This document shows positions 9,243 to 18,806 of a DNA stretch of 39,667 bases, one piece after another; the stretch's first letter is position 1, and every line of letters starts with the position of its first letter. The stretch comes from a virus (taxonomy: Duplodnaviria > Heunggongvirae > Uroviricota > Caudoviricetes), in IMG/VR virus record IMGVR_UViG_2645727555_000028, positions 1 through 39,667 of that record; one strand, 5' to 3'. The translations under genes were made by a program, and so were the position numbers. Below the pieces are notes generated by a model. The model was not told where the DNA came from, made no database searches, and worked only from the letters and a program-made list of their open reading frames with translations.

Positions 9243-11078
9243 TTACCTGCCAAAGCGCGTATAGCCAACATCATGGCTGACATCAAAACCGCTGGATCGC
9301 GTTTCCATAACCCGCATACCCGGAGGCGAATTCACAAAAGAGACCTTGATCTCACCATCAACTTTTGGCGCAGAAGCTTTGTTAATCATGAAGGGATTCG
9401 GGCCTGTGGCATCGGAGGCGTTGTTTGACTGAGCCGGATCTACCGCCGGATAAGGTGTGTATCCCCGCGCCGGTATTCCCGTCCCATAAGCATCATAAGC
9501 ACCCGCGCCCCACTGCGCAGAGTTAATGGCATCGACCGTGTCACCGGAACTGTCGGTAAACCACTCAATAATTGGCTTCAGCTTGTCCCACATATTCTGA
9601 AACCACTTAACAACCGGTCCCCAGTTATTGATGACCATCCCCAGCGGCGACCAGGCAAAAACTTTCTTCAGAAGTTCCCAGCCAGCCTCAAAATAAGGAC
9701 CAATGGTTTCCCAGAGTTTCTTAAAATAAGGTCCGACAACATCCCAGTTAGTGATAATTAATCCCGCAGCCAGGGCTATCGCCGTCGCAATCATGCCAAT
9801 CGGCGTCATCGACATGATCCTGCTGACAATACTGATGGCACCGCCAACGCCCATCAATCCCAGTTTCAGAATCGCAAGACCGGCAGCAAGCCCGACGACG
9901 CCGCGAATAACCCGGGGATTTTCATCCGCAAACTTCGTGAATTTTCCCCCTAACTCCCCCAGCCATTGCGTGATATTTTTAGCGTCACCAGAAAATGCGC
10001 CGCCAATAGCTGCAAGACCGTTAGTTGCGGTCCCCGTCATTGCCTCCCACAGGTTGGACAGCGTACCAAGCTGTGCCTGAACACGTTTATTCAGGCTGGC
10101 CTGTTTATTCATCTTCTGCTGGATCTGATCGTAGCCATCCTTTCCTTTATCGATTAGTGCATTGACCACCTGAAGGGTTTCGGCATCATCACCAAATATT
10201 GCCTTAAGTACACCTGTTCGCTTAACGTCGGTCAGTTTTCGCAGCTTTGCCAGTTGCCTGAACATGTTATCAAGACCGCCAAAACTTCCTTTGCCGTCAG
10301 TAAAATCGAGCTGTACCCCGAGTTTCTGGCGGGCCATGACTTTATTGACGTCCCTGATTTTCTTAACGCTTAATCCGGACTGGATAACTTTTCGCAGGGC
10401 ATTACCTGCCGACTCCCCGTTCATCCCCATCTGATCCATCATGACGCTGATGGGGGCAAGGCTCTGTGCAGCCTGAAGACCGTCCTTGTTCACCATCTTC
10501 AGAACAGAGCTGGTTTTAGTGAAGAAGGACAACATGTTGGTATCGTCAACGCCCAGATAAAACGCCTTCTGGATAGTGTCGAACAGCCCCATCATGTCTT
10601 CTGACGCCGTTCCGGTAGCATCCTGCATCTTTGCGGCAAACTCAGCAGCCGCTTCCGGTGTTTTTTTCAGTTGTACCGCAAGATAAGCAGTCGCTTTCCC
10701 CACACCGCCAAGAATGTTTTCTGCCGGGATCCCCTGACGCACCAGCATCTGCATCATGTTCTGGAAATCAGCCGTTGTACCGGGTAGCTGGTTACCCAGA
10801 CCAATAGCCAGTTTATTGATGTCCTGAAAGCTCTTTCCGACCTCACCGTTCGCATCCATCATGGCAACTTTCAGCCCGGTGGCGGCGTTTTCCTGATCGG
10901 CATAAGATTTCAGGGAAAGCGTCAGACCCGCTGCCAGTCCGCCACCAAGCGCCAGCCCACCCTGTGACGCTTCTTCCGCCTGGCGTTTAAATCCCCGGAT
11001 TTTCTTTTGCATTTTCGACAGCGCGGGAGAAAGCCTGTCGACACCGGTGATCAACGCCTTAAGCTCAAATTCAGCCAT
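9243..11078 (-). CDS. tail tape-measure protein
   Basis: 611 aa, Ala/Gly-rich with hydrophobic segments, downstream of chaperone/tube/sheath genes. Confidence 0.8.
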   Translation of the reverse strand: MAEFELKALITGVDRLSPALSKMQKKIRGFKRQAEEASQGGLALGGGLAAGLTLSLKSYADQENAATGLKVAMMDANGEVGKSFQDINKLAIGLGNQLPGTTADFQNMMQMLVRQGIPAENILGGVGKATAYLAVQLKKTPEAAAEFAAKMQDATGTASEDMMGLFDTIQKAFYLGVDDTNMLSFFTKTSSVLKMVNKDGLQAAQSLAPISVMMDQMGMNGESAGNALRKVIQSGLSVKKIRDVNKVMARQKLGVQLDFTDGKGSFGGLDNMFRQLAKLRKLTDVKRTGVLKAIFGDDAETLQVVNALIDKGKDGYDQIQQKMNKQASLNKRVQAQLGTLSNLWEAMTGTATNGLAAIGGAFSGDAKNITQWLGELGGKFTKFADENPRVIRGVVGLAAGLAILKLGLMGVGGAISIVSRIMSMTPIGMIATAIALAAGLIITNWDVVGPYFKKLWETIGPYFEAGWELLKKVFAWSPLGMVINNWGPVVKWFQNMWDKLKPIIEWFTDSSGDTVDAINSAQWGAGAYDAYGTGIPARGYTPYPAVDPAQSNNASDATGPNPFMINKASAPKVDGEIKVSFVNSPPGMRVMETRSSGFDVSHDVGYTRFGR

Positions 11079-11253
11079 GTGTGCGTTTCTCCTGCTCTAT
11101 CCTGTTTGCCTGACTGACCAGCAAGGGAATTTCACTGATCGGCATATTCAGCAATTCGAAGGGATTAATGCGCCAGTAGCTGGCGCAGTCAAAGAAGCGA
11201 TCAGTGAGGTATTCAGCCGTCAGGCCTGGAGGAAAAAACCGGCCACAAGCCAC
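11071..11253 (-). CDS. tail assembly chaperone, possible frameshift extension
   Basis: 60-aa ORF overlapping the 3' end of the 89-aa chaperone ORF in another frame, immediately upstream of the tape measure. Confidence 0.4.
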   Translation of the reverse strand: MACGRFFPPGLTAEYLTDRFFDCASYWRINPFELLNMPISEIPLLVSQANRIEQEKRTHG

Positions 11254-11489
11254 GCCGCTGCATTCAGGTCTGCCGGAGACATCTGGTCGACAGAGTTTTG
11301 CGGCACTTTCGCCAGCCGCACAATGTATTTCGATACCACATGCGCCAGAAGTCTGACGGACTCATCCTGATTCATCTGGTAGGGATACCCCAGCTCGCGG
11401 ACATCTTTCCCGGTGGGCTCATCAAACTCCAGTACGGAGAGTGTCTCGCCATGAGCGGTAATCGGTTTCTTTAACTCAAGCTCTTTCAT
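11220..11489 (-). CDS. tail assembly chaperone
   Basis: 89-aa ORF between tube and tape-measure genes. Confidence 0.6.
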   Translation of the reverse strand: MKELELKKPITAHGETLSVLEFDEPTGKDVRELGYPYQMNQDESVRLLAHVVSKYIVRLAKVPQNSVDQMSPADLNAAAWLVAGFFLQA

Positions 11490-11845
11490 TACTGGTAATC
11501 CCCTTCTTCACCGTGGAACTCAAGATCGACCGTGCCTTCTTCGGCATTATGGTTCGCTTCGCCGTGCAGCCAGGCAGACGACAGTACATAGACCTGACCG
11601 TTCGCCAGCTCGGCAGTGATGGTCATCTCATCAGACGAGGTGATTTTGCTCACCGGAAAATTCTTCGGCACCTTGAAGGTCCCTTTGACATAAGGCGCAC
11701 GGTGAGTTTCCTTGCGGTCCACTGAACCGTCCAGGCCGATGATGTCATCATTGACCGTCCTGTTCATGGGCACCTCAATGCCGCCGGTCAGCGATAGCTG
11801 CTGACCGTCAATTTTGAAATAACAGGTTCCCCCGATACGGGCCAT
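11489..11845 (-). CDS. tail tube protein
   Basis: 118 aa, immediately downstream of the sheath gene. Confidence 0.7.
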   Translation of the reverse strand: MARIGGTCYFKIDGQQLSLTGGIEVPMNRTVNDDIIGLDGSVDRKETHRAPYVKGTFKVPKNFPVSKITSSDEMTITAELANGQVYVLSSAWLHGEANHNAEEGTVDLEFHGEEGDYQ

Positions 11846-13341
11846 TATGCAGACTCCTCTGAATACTGAAGACGGAACTGATTAACCACGGCAAAGACAC
11901 GCAGCTGGTTAACATAGTCAGGCGGGAACAGCGTGTTCAGGCGGTTCGGATCGCTGGCATCACGCTCCACAACCAGGTACTGCTTAAACAGTTCGTAGTT
12001 TTCCACGATCCCCGCACGCTCAAGCTGACGGTAGGTTGCCAGCAGTTCCCCTTTGATCACCGCCGGGGTGACAATCGCCTGACCGGGACCAAAGCGGGTA
12101 CCGTCACTGGCAAGCTTGTGACGCCCGTACTTACTGGTAATGACGGATTTCAGTTTGCGCAGTACATACGCGCTGGTATGCAGCGTCTCACTGTCGAGGT
12201 AACTGTTATCCGCAACCCCGTAAGCGTTTTTCCTGTACGTGGTGACATCACGCTGAATGCGTAGTACCCCGTTTTCGACATACGCCGTTGCCACGCCATG
12301 AGACAGCAGGGTCTGTTGTTCGGTCATCGTGAACCGTTTCCCCTTCGGCGCAGGCAGCATACCCACCAGCTCACCGGTCTGCGTGGGACGTGCCGGATCG
12401 TTGCGGATAAACACCGCTGCGCGGGCGGTACGGCTTGCCGCCAGCTCGTCGGCAGGCGTCTGGGTCTCTTTTTCGTACCCCGCCAGGGTAATGTGCTGCT
12501 GGTTAAACTGGTCACCTGCGGTCACCAGTTCTGACAGCGTGCCGATCTTTGCCGTATACACATGACCATACAGCTGACGCGCATAGCTCCAGCGACCGCT
12601 GGTATCGTTCATCTCGGTCACCAGCGTGTTAACGGAGGCCGTGTCGTTGAACGGCAGGCCGATATAATCAAACGGCTCATCCGCCATTGCAGCCACCGCG
12701 CCGGTGAGAACAGGAGAGCCCGTTCCGGCGGTCCCCGTCGCCACGGCAATCTGTACGCCCGCAGGCAGCACTTCGCCCCCACCAAAGCCGTAGTAATTGA
12801 GGCTGACAGGAATTTCATTCCCGCAAAGCCCCTTATGACGCGCGGTCAGTGTGACCACGCCAGCCGAAGATGAGGCCGTAAACGGCAGGGCCGGAACGGC
12901 ATTGATGGCATCCTGGATACTGCTGGCAATCGTCGTGACGTTATCGCCGTTAGTCACCGGTGCCTGCACGCGGGTACGTCCCACATAAACATTCACCGTG
13001 CCGGTTTCGGTTGCCGCCCCGGTCACCGTCAGCGTAACTGTTGCCACCGCGCCCGTGGATTCAGGAACGGCAATTACATACAGTTCACCAAACGGGTCGG
13101 TCTGGCGATAAGCCTCGACCATACGCGCCAGCTGACTTCCCGCACCACAAATCTGGCGTGCATAGTCTGCCGACGGCATCAGCACCAGACTGTTGGCAAC
13201 AATCTCTGCACCGTTATTGGCATGACCAATCAGCAGCGATGCTCCGCTGTCCTGTGCAGTATTCGCCGCCTGGTTATCCATTTCCGCATAAAACAGCGGA
13301 ACCAGCGTATTCGACGGAATGGTGTTAAAGCTTATCGTCAT
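11845..13341 (-). CDS. contractile tail sheath protein
   Basis: 498 aa; Mu/P2-type sheath position; start and stop overlap neighbours. Confidence 0.8.
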   Translation of the reverse strand: MTISFNTIPSNTLVPLFYAEMDNQAANTAQDSGASLLIGHANNGAEIVANSLVLMPSADYARQICGAGSQLARMVEAYRQTDPFGELYVIAVPESTGAVATVTLTVTGAATETGTVNVYVGRTRVQAPVTNGDNVTTIASSIQDAINAVPALPFTASSSAGVVTLTARHKGLCGNEIPVSLNYYGFGGGEVLPAGVQIAVATGTAGTGSPVLTGAVAAMADEPFDYIGLPFNDTASVNTLVTEMNDTSGRWSYARQLYGHVYTAKIGTLSELVTAGDQFNQQHITLAGYEKETQTPADELAASRTARAAVFIRNDPARPTQTGELVGMLPAPKGKRFTMTEQQTLLSHGVATAYVENGVLRIQRDVTTYRKNAYGVADNSYLDSETLHTSAYVLRKLKSVITSKYGRHKLASDGTRFGPGQAIVTPAVIKGELLATYRQLERAGIVENYELFKQYLVVERDASDPNRLNTLFPPDYVNQLRVFAVVNQFRLQYSEESA

Positions 13342-13495
13342 CGGTGTTCACCTTTTTATTCACGCGCCGGATATCACCCGCTGCTTCACGGCGCAGCCAG
13401 TAGTTATTCTCGTCAACATTTCGCCCTTCGGCGGGCAAAAGGTCACCGCGGGCAGGGTCAGGCACTGACCGCCCTTTAACAGGTTTCACAAACAT
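13325..13495 (-). CDS. possible small ORF (56 aa) in the connector-sheath gap
   Basis: hand-translated ORF (MFVKPVKGRS...) filling a gap of about 160 bp; no clear SD; below the ORF-track cut-off. Confidence 0.25.
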   Translation of the reverse strand: MFVKPVKGRSVPDPARGDLLPAEGRNVDENNYWLRREAAGDIRRVNKKVNTDDDKL

Positions 13496-13503
13496 GAAGA
13501 TTC

Positions 13504-14064
13504 TCAGGAAGGAAGGGTTATTTCGGTGTGATGTTCGATATCGCCGTCAGGCCCGTTACCGGGATCGAGATAATCAACATCAATCGCCAGCGTTCGCAGT
13601 TCATCCAGACTGTTCAGGTCATCCTGCTGGCGGGTATCGTCTTCAGTCAGCTCGCTGATGTTCGAAAAATCGAACTGATAAATCAGCTCATGACGATTCA
13701 GATCCAGCAGCGTGCCGCCGTCATAGTTAATCGGATTACCGCACGCTTCCGGGTTCCAGCCCAGCAGGGCCTTAAAGAGCATCTGCCGGACATCGTCCAC
13801 CACATCATACGAAGCAAACTGACCGCGCTCATCACGCCCGTTACTCAGTATGACAACCACGGAGAAGCCCTCTTTCAGCTCCTGCCAGTAGTCGGTCTGG
13901 CTTTTGTTTTCTCCCGGAGAATCATCCCCCGGTACCACATACGCCGCCGGGAGTCTCAGCTTTCCGACCTCCGGCAGATTTTTGAACTGTGCCGCGCCTG
14001 CAACCCGGTTTTCAAAATACGGACAGCGGGCACGCAGTGCAGCAATAACAGGCGTCAGTTTCAT
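13504..14064 (-). CDS. virion structural protein (tail completion/neck region), family uncertain
   Basis: 186 aa, acidic C-terminus, within the head-tail joining block. Confidence 0.5.
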   Translation of the reverse strand: MKLTPVIAALRARCPYFENRVAGAAQFKNLPEVGKLRLPAAYVVPGDDSPGENKSQTDYWQELKEGFSVVVILSNGRDERGQFASYDVVDDVRQMLFKALLGWNPEACGNPINYDGGTLLDLNRHELIYQFDFSNISELTEDDTRQQDDLNSLDELRTLAIDVDYLDPGNGPDGDIEHHTEITLPS

Positions 14065-14567
14065 CTGTGTCGTCGCTCCGGCTTCAGTGATTTACGCAAT
14101 TCCCGCGCCAGAAAATAGCGTGTCCAGCTGTGGTTCTTTTCAAGCGTTTCCACCATGAAGTTATTACGTGGAGCCAGTCGCCAGCCTCTGCCACCGGATG
14201 CACCACGATGATGGCTGCGACGACGCTTTGCCCCTCTCTTCACGCCATAGAACAAAAAAGCCGGATAAAAATCACCGGTGATGCGGCGGTTTCCCTCACC
14301 ATTACGCTGGTTAGGGGCTATACGTGCCATAAAACCAGGGCGATGTTTACTGGCTCTGGGTACCATGTAACCAATCGAACGAGCCAGGCGTCCGGTCTGA
14401 TAACCGGGGTTTTCACCCGGTGCCGACCGCGCACGGCGCATCACCAGCCGACGGGCATCACGCATATGACGCTGACCAATCGTGACAAACGCCCGCCGGA
14501 CACGGGCGCGGTTAAAGCGCATCTCCGCGGGCTGCTGAAAATCAACGTGCAAAAAGGAAGTCGTCAT
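14061..14567 (-). CDS. virion morphogenesis / tail-completion protein (HK97 gp10-like)
   Basis: 168 aa, strongly basic; position in the connector block. Confidence 0.5.
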   Translation of the reverse strand: MTTSFLHVDFQQPAEMRFNRARVRRAFVTIGQRHMRDARRLVMRRARSAPGENPGYQTGRLARSIGYMVPRASKHRPGFMARIAPNQRNGEGNRRITGDFYPAFLFYGVKRGAKRRRSHHRGASGGRGWRLAPRNNFMVETLEKNHSWTRYFLARELRKSLKPERRHR

Positions 14568-14952
14568 TGTTGCCTCCGTGACTCTGCCTACATTCGCCCA
14601 GCTCCGTACACTCCAGCAGCAGAAAGCGCCGCGCCCCGTTCAGATCGCGCTGACGTTTCACCCGGTACACACTGTCACCGCAGACCACCTCATAATCAGC
14701 GGTGATCCCCCGGCGGTAACGAATGGTGATGTAATGGGTGATGGCGTCCCCGGTCTGCGCGGTTTCCTGCCAGGTGGTGGCACTGGTCTGGATAACCTTC
14801 GCCCATGTCCGGAACGTAACCGGGTATTGAGGCTCCACGCCAAAGTTATCCGCGGGCATATCCACCCGCAGGCGGATCAGGACGCGTTTATTCAGTTCAC
14901 CGGGGTCCGGCAGAATGTAGGTTGCGCTGGTCTGCGCCTGACGAATTTTCAT
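14542..14952 (-). CDS. head-tail adaptor / head closure protein
   Basis: 136 aa; position in the connector block. Confidence 0.55.
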   Translation of the reverse strand: MKIRQAQTSATYILPDPGELNKRVLIRLRVDMPADNFGVEPQYPVTFRTWAKVIQTSATTWQETAQTGDAITHYITIRYRRGITADYEVVCGDSVYRVKRQRDLNGARRFLLLECTELGECRQSHGGNNDDFLFAR

Positions 14953-15272
14953 TGCGGAAAGTACCTGTACGGGCCGACAAGCCAGCCAAAACTCTGCGGC
15001 ATGTCGAGTTTCTCCACTTCCGTAACCGACGAGCGGTTTTCGTAAAAATGGCTGATAAGCATCAGCATCCCCAGACGAATATCATCCGGCAGGTGCAGCC
15101 CGTCCGGATCGCTGTCCGGAATGGTTTCATCCGGTGCATAGAGCTTCCGGTTCAGATACGTTTCCGTCCGCTTTTGTGCCGCACATGCCAGCAGTTGCAG
15201 ATGGCGGTCATCAGTATCGAAATCCTCATCCAGCCGGAGTTGGGCTTTAATCTCTTCCATTGTCAGAAGCAT
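14949..15272 (-). CDS. head-tail connector protein (gp6-like)
   Basis: 107 aa; first connector gene after the capsid region. Confidence 0.55.
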   Translation of the reverse strand: MLLTMEEIKAQLRLDEDFDTDDRHLQLLACAAQKRTETYLNRKLYAPDETIPDSDPDGLHLPDDIRLGMLMLISHFYENRSSVTEVEKLDMPQSFGWLVGPYRYFPQ

Positions 15273-15274
15273 AC

Positions 15275-15475
15275 TCAGCCCTCTTTACTGGTCGTGGCTT
15301 TTTTCTCTTTTGCCGCTTTACTGCTTTTTGCACTGATTCCGCGCTCTGCTAACCCGGCCTGAAGTGCAATCTCCTGCACCCGGGCAGGAAGCGCCCCGTC
15401 GTCATACTCACCGGCCCGAATGACCTCAACACGCATACCGTCCGGTGACCATTTCAGATCTTGTTTCAGGATCAT
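15275..15475 (-). CDS. small hypothetical head-region protein
   Basis: 66-aa ORF tightly packed between capsid and connector genes. Confidence 0.4.
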   Translation of the reverse strand: MILKQDLKWSPDGMRVEVIRAGEYDDGALPARVQEIALQAGLAERGISAKSSKAAKEKKATTSKEG

Positions 15476-15523
15476 GATTCTTCACCCGTCAGAACAGGGG
15501 CGCGGTTCCGCGCCCCTGAGTGA

Positions 15524-16729
15524 TTACGCCGCTGCAATCTTCAGCAGTTTGATGGCCTGCGAATCGACCAGCATCCCGCCGGTGCGCTTGGTGGTATAAA
15601 AACCGACAAACGGTTTATTGGTGTACGGGTCACGCAGAATGCGGGTGCCGATACGGTCAACGATGGTGTAACCCCGTTTGAAGTTACCAAATGCAATGGC
15701 TTTCGCATCAGCGGCGATATCCGGCATCTGTTCGTTTTCAGCGATACCGTAACCCGCCAGAGAGGACGGCTGCCCCAGTTCCAGCCCCGGACGCCACAGA
15801 TAGTTACCCTCGGTGTCTTTCAGCAGACGGATGGCAAACAGGCTGTTGTTGTTCATCATGAACTTCGCGCCAGTGCGGTGTGCCTTACGCAGCGTGTAAA
15901 TCAGTTTGATAATGGCGTCTGCGGTCACCGCGGTCGCTTCGCCGGATACAATATGCTGAAGTTTGCCGAACGCCCGGACCTTGTCGGTTTCATCAGTGGA
16001 TTCATACGCCAGGAACCCTTTCGGCTTCTTGGTACCATCGCCGGTGGTAAAGGCAATTTCTTCCTGTTCGGCAAATTCGGTTGCCAGCTCGCTGTTGATC
16101 CAGGCCTCCACGTTGAAAAAGGCATCATCCAGCATTTTCTGGGTGGCCTGCGGGTTACCGTAGATTTCCCCCATGAAAGGTTCAATCAGCCCCAGTCTGG
16201 AAGTGGCAGTCTGGGAGCGCGCGTCAGTCTCGCCAACCCATCCGGAAGCCGTGCCGCCCAGATTCACAAGTTTTTTGTAGTCGGAACCGCCAACGGTGAT
16301 CACCGTGGCTTCCTGGCGCATCACCACTTCATCTTTCAGCAAGGTCAGAATGTTGCGATCCAGCGCTTCCGGCACGGCATAGCCACCGTCTTCATCGGTG
16401 CCCACCTGTAATGCCTTGCGCTCCAGATCGCGCAGACCATCTTCACGGCCTTTACGCAGGAAGCCCACAAACGCTTCTTTATGCTCGGTGGCCAGTTTAT
16501 TCTGCGCACCACCTGCCGGACGTTTCAGCTCAAGCAGCTCTTTTTCAAGGTCGCTTTTGAGATTTTCCAGCTCGCTGAGTTTTCCGTTCAGGGTTTCCAC
16601 CTGCCCGGCAAGTTTGCCTTTTTCCTGCTCAATCGCCTCCACGCGCTTGTCGTTCTTTGCTTTGAAGTCGTCAAACTTCTGCTGCAGCTCCTGCGCGACC
16701 TGTTCGACATCTTTAATATCTACCGCCAT
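15524..16729 (-). CDS. major capsid protein (HK97 fold) with N-terminal coiled-coil delta-like domain
   Basis: 401 aa; N-terminal 100 aa Glu/Lys/Leu-rich coiled coil followed by a capsid-like domain; preceded by protease and portal genes. Confidence 0.85.
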   Translation of the reverse strand: MAVDIKDVEQVAQELQQKFDDFKAKNDKRVEAIEQEKGKLAGQVETLNGKLSELENLKSDLEKELLELKRPAGGAQNKLATEHKEAFVGFLRKGREDGLRDLERKALQVGTDEDGGYAVPEALDRNILTLLKDEVVMRQEATVITVGGSDYKKLVNLGGTASGWVGETDARSQTATSRLGLIEPFMGEIYGNPQATQKMLDDAFFNVEAWINSELATEFAEQEEIAFTTGDGTKKPKGFLAYESTDETDKVRAFGKLQHIVSGEATAVTADAIIKLIYTLRKAHRTGAKFMMNNNSLFAIRLLKDTEGNYLWRPGLELGQPSSLAGYGIAENEQMPDIAADAKAIAFGNFKRGYTIVDRIGTRILRDPYTNKPFVGFYTTKRTGGMLVDSQAIKLLKIAAA

Positions 16730-16743
16730 CGTATTTCTCCTGA

Positions 16744-17430
16744 TTAGAAGTTCAGATTTTTCAGTGCATTCAGTGCAGAGCTCACATCCTCAGCGTCGCG
16801 CAGGGACAGTGCGCTATAGCCCCCGGCCATGAATGCTTTGGCCTGGGTACGGGAGAGTCCGACATCACGCAGGACTCTTTCGATTTTTTTCTGTTCGGGG
16901 ATTTCCCCGCGGGCCAGCGCGTTCTTGACGTCGCTGATCCGTGCCTCGTCGTTAGACGGGAACGTCACCAGACTGACTTCCCAGAGGTCGATTTCTTTCA
17001 GCAGAAAGGCTTCTTTCGTCCGGTCGTATTCCCAGTCCTTCAGGACGTACCCAATAGAAAGGCCGGTTAACGAACCGGCCTTCATGTGTGCATGTGCGCG
17101 TTTTGCCAGGGGATCATCATCAATGAGCAACCGCCCCCTGACGTAAAGCCCGACATCGTCTTCCTTCATTTCGGTGTAAACACCGATGGGCTCATCCATG
17201 CGGTGCTGCCAGAGCAGCGCAGGTAACGCTTTTCTGTCACTCCACGCCCGCAGGGAAGCAGCAAATGCCCCGGACATCACCACATCATCGTGGCTGTCCT
17301 TTACACCAAAGACGGAGCCATACCCTTCAAACTCACCGGAGTCACTGACAGATTTCAGACTCAGCGGTACATCAAGACGTTGTTTCGTCTGCATTGGCGT
17401 TATCCTTCTGCTTACCGGCTTTACTGCCAT
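16744..17430 (-). CDS. prohead maturation protease (HK97 family)
   Basis: 228 aa; position between portal and capsid; exact start uncertain because it overlaps the portal 3' end. Confidence 0.75.
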   Translation of the reverse strand: MAVKPVSRRITPMQTKQRLDVPLSLKSVSDSGEFEGYGSVFGVKDSHDDVVMSGAFAASLRAWSDRKALPALLWQHRMDEPIGVYTEMKEDDVGLYVRGRLLIDDDPLAKRAHAHMKAGSLTGLSIGYVLKDWEYDRTKEAFLLKEIDLWEVSLVTFPSNDEARISDVKNALARGEIPEQKKIERVLRDVGLSRTQAKAFMAGGYSALSLRDAEDVSSALNALKNLNF

Positions 17431-18613
17431 CGGAGGGTTTCGTGGTCATGTTCATCGGTGTGAGATAGACATCCCCACCGGGACGCGGATTCATATCTTC
17501 CAGGTCGCGGCAGTCATTGGGAGAGTAAATTCCCCAGTTAATCCCGGTGGCGTAGGCTTCAAAACGGGACTTCATATCCCCGCGCAGTAACGCCCCGGCG
17601 TTAAATTTGGCGTAATAAACGCCCTGCTTACTTTTTCGTACCAGTCCGGTGTTGATCCGCTGTTCGATGCGGGTCAGATACGGCACCAGTGAATAGTTGA
17701 TAAATCCGAGCCCCAGTTCTTCGATATTGTTGAAGGTGGCGCGATCGGTGTTCTGCACCATGTGCAACGGTACCCGGAACAGACGACAGATTTCTTCAAG
17801 CTGAAACTTGCGGGTTTCCAGGAACTGGCTGTCCTCGGCGTTCAGCGCCATCGACTTCCAGTCCAGCCCCATCTCAAGGATCATCGGGCGGTGAGCATTG
17901 CCAAGCCCGGTGTGACGCTCCTCAAAATCTTTCTTCAGGCGCTCATAAGCCTGATCTGACAGCGTCTGCTCTGTACGCAACACACCCGACGTCACCGCAC
18001 CATTGCTGAACAGTCTGGCCCCGTGCTCTTCAGTCGCTGCCGCCAGCGATATTGCCTCGCGGGCATAGGCGACGGGATTCAGCCCCACCAGTCCGTCCAG
18101 CGTCAGCGTGCGCACATGCCAGATATCCTCCTGGCTCAGCACATCCGTGGAGCCGTCCGGGAATGTGACCTGATAGACCGGCTCCCAGCTACTGTTAAGC
18201 TTCGGTACCACACAACCGGGATCGACGGGCAGCAGTTCAGCCACTTCGCCAAATGCTTTCACTTTGTAGGCGTAAAAGTTTCCCCTCAGGCACAGACAGG
18301 TGACCACCAGCTCCCAGAACTCCTGCGGCGTCATATAGCCATTGGGATGCGTGGAGATCAGCTTATGCAGACGTTCGCCGGTGGCTCTCTGTTTCAGGCT
18401 GCCGTTCAGGTGATACAGATTGCAGGGCAACATCCCGACCGACTCTGCCAGCACCCTGACGCAGGAAAAAACCGCCGTCAGTCGCATGGCCCGCTGGCTG
18501 CTGATCTGCTTTCCGGTATAGGTGTCATATGATAGCCCGATAGCCTCCGCCAGCTCTGCTGGCGTGGTCACCGGTGCGTCACTTTTTCGTTGAAATAATC
18601 CCGAAAAGAACAC
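17372..18613 (-). CDS. portal protein (HK97 family)
   Basis: 413 aa; downstream of the large terminase. Confidence 0.8.
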   Translation of the reverse strand: MFFSGLFQRKSDAPVTTPAELAEAIGLSYDTYTGKQISSQRAMRLTAVFSCVRVLAESVGMLPCNLYHLNGSLKQRATGERLHKLISTHPNGYMTPQEFWELVVTCLCLRGNFYAYKVKAFGEVAELLPVDPGCVVPKLNSSWEPVYQVTFPDGSTDVLSQEDIWHVRTLTLDGLVGLNPVAYAREAISLAAATEEHGARLFSNGAVTSGVLRTEQTLSDQAYERLKKDFEERHTGLGNAHRPMILEMGLDWKSMALNAEDSQFLETRKFQLEEICRLFRVPLHMVQNTDRATFNNIEELGLGFINYSLVPYLTRIEQRINTGLVRKSKQGVYYAKFNAGALLRGDMKSRFEAYATGINWGIYSPNDCRDLEDMNPRPGGDVYLTPMNMTTKPSDGSKAGKQKDNANADETTS

Positions 18614-18795
18614 TATTTACCTCCGCCGAAAGACGGCTGTGTACGGTCGAGATATCGCGCCACCAGCCACGACCAGAACAGACACAACGCCCCGGCAACA
18701 ACAAACCCCGCCGGGGGATAAATCAGCCAGGCACCATACGCCAGCAAAAGCGCCCCCAGCACGCCCACCAGAGGCGCGAGAATCAGCATGATCAT
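18613..18795 (-). CDS. small hydrophobic membrane protein
   Basis: 60-aa ORF, two hydrophobic segments, between terminase and portal. Confidence 0.4.
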   Translation of the reverse strand: MIMLILAPLVGVLGALLLAYGAWLIYPPAGFVVAGALCLFWSWLVARYLDRTQPSFGGGK

Positions 18796-18806
18796 AATTA
18801 CCTCAG

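Noticed and set aside
9751-10157. Plus-strand ORFs (109 aa and 63 aa) inside the tape-measure gene
   Set aside because: Antisense to a well-supported long gene, Pro/Ala-rich translations typical of GC-rich antisense frames
16398-16832. Ser-rich 144-aa plus-strand ORF overlapping capsid and protease genes
   Set aside because: Low-complexity Ser/Cys/Phe-rich antisense translation opposite the major capsid gene
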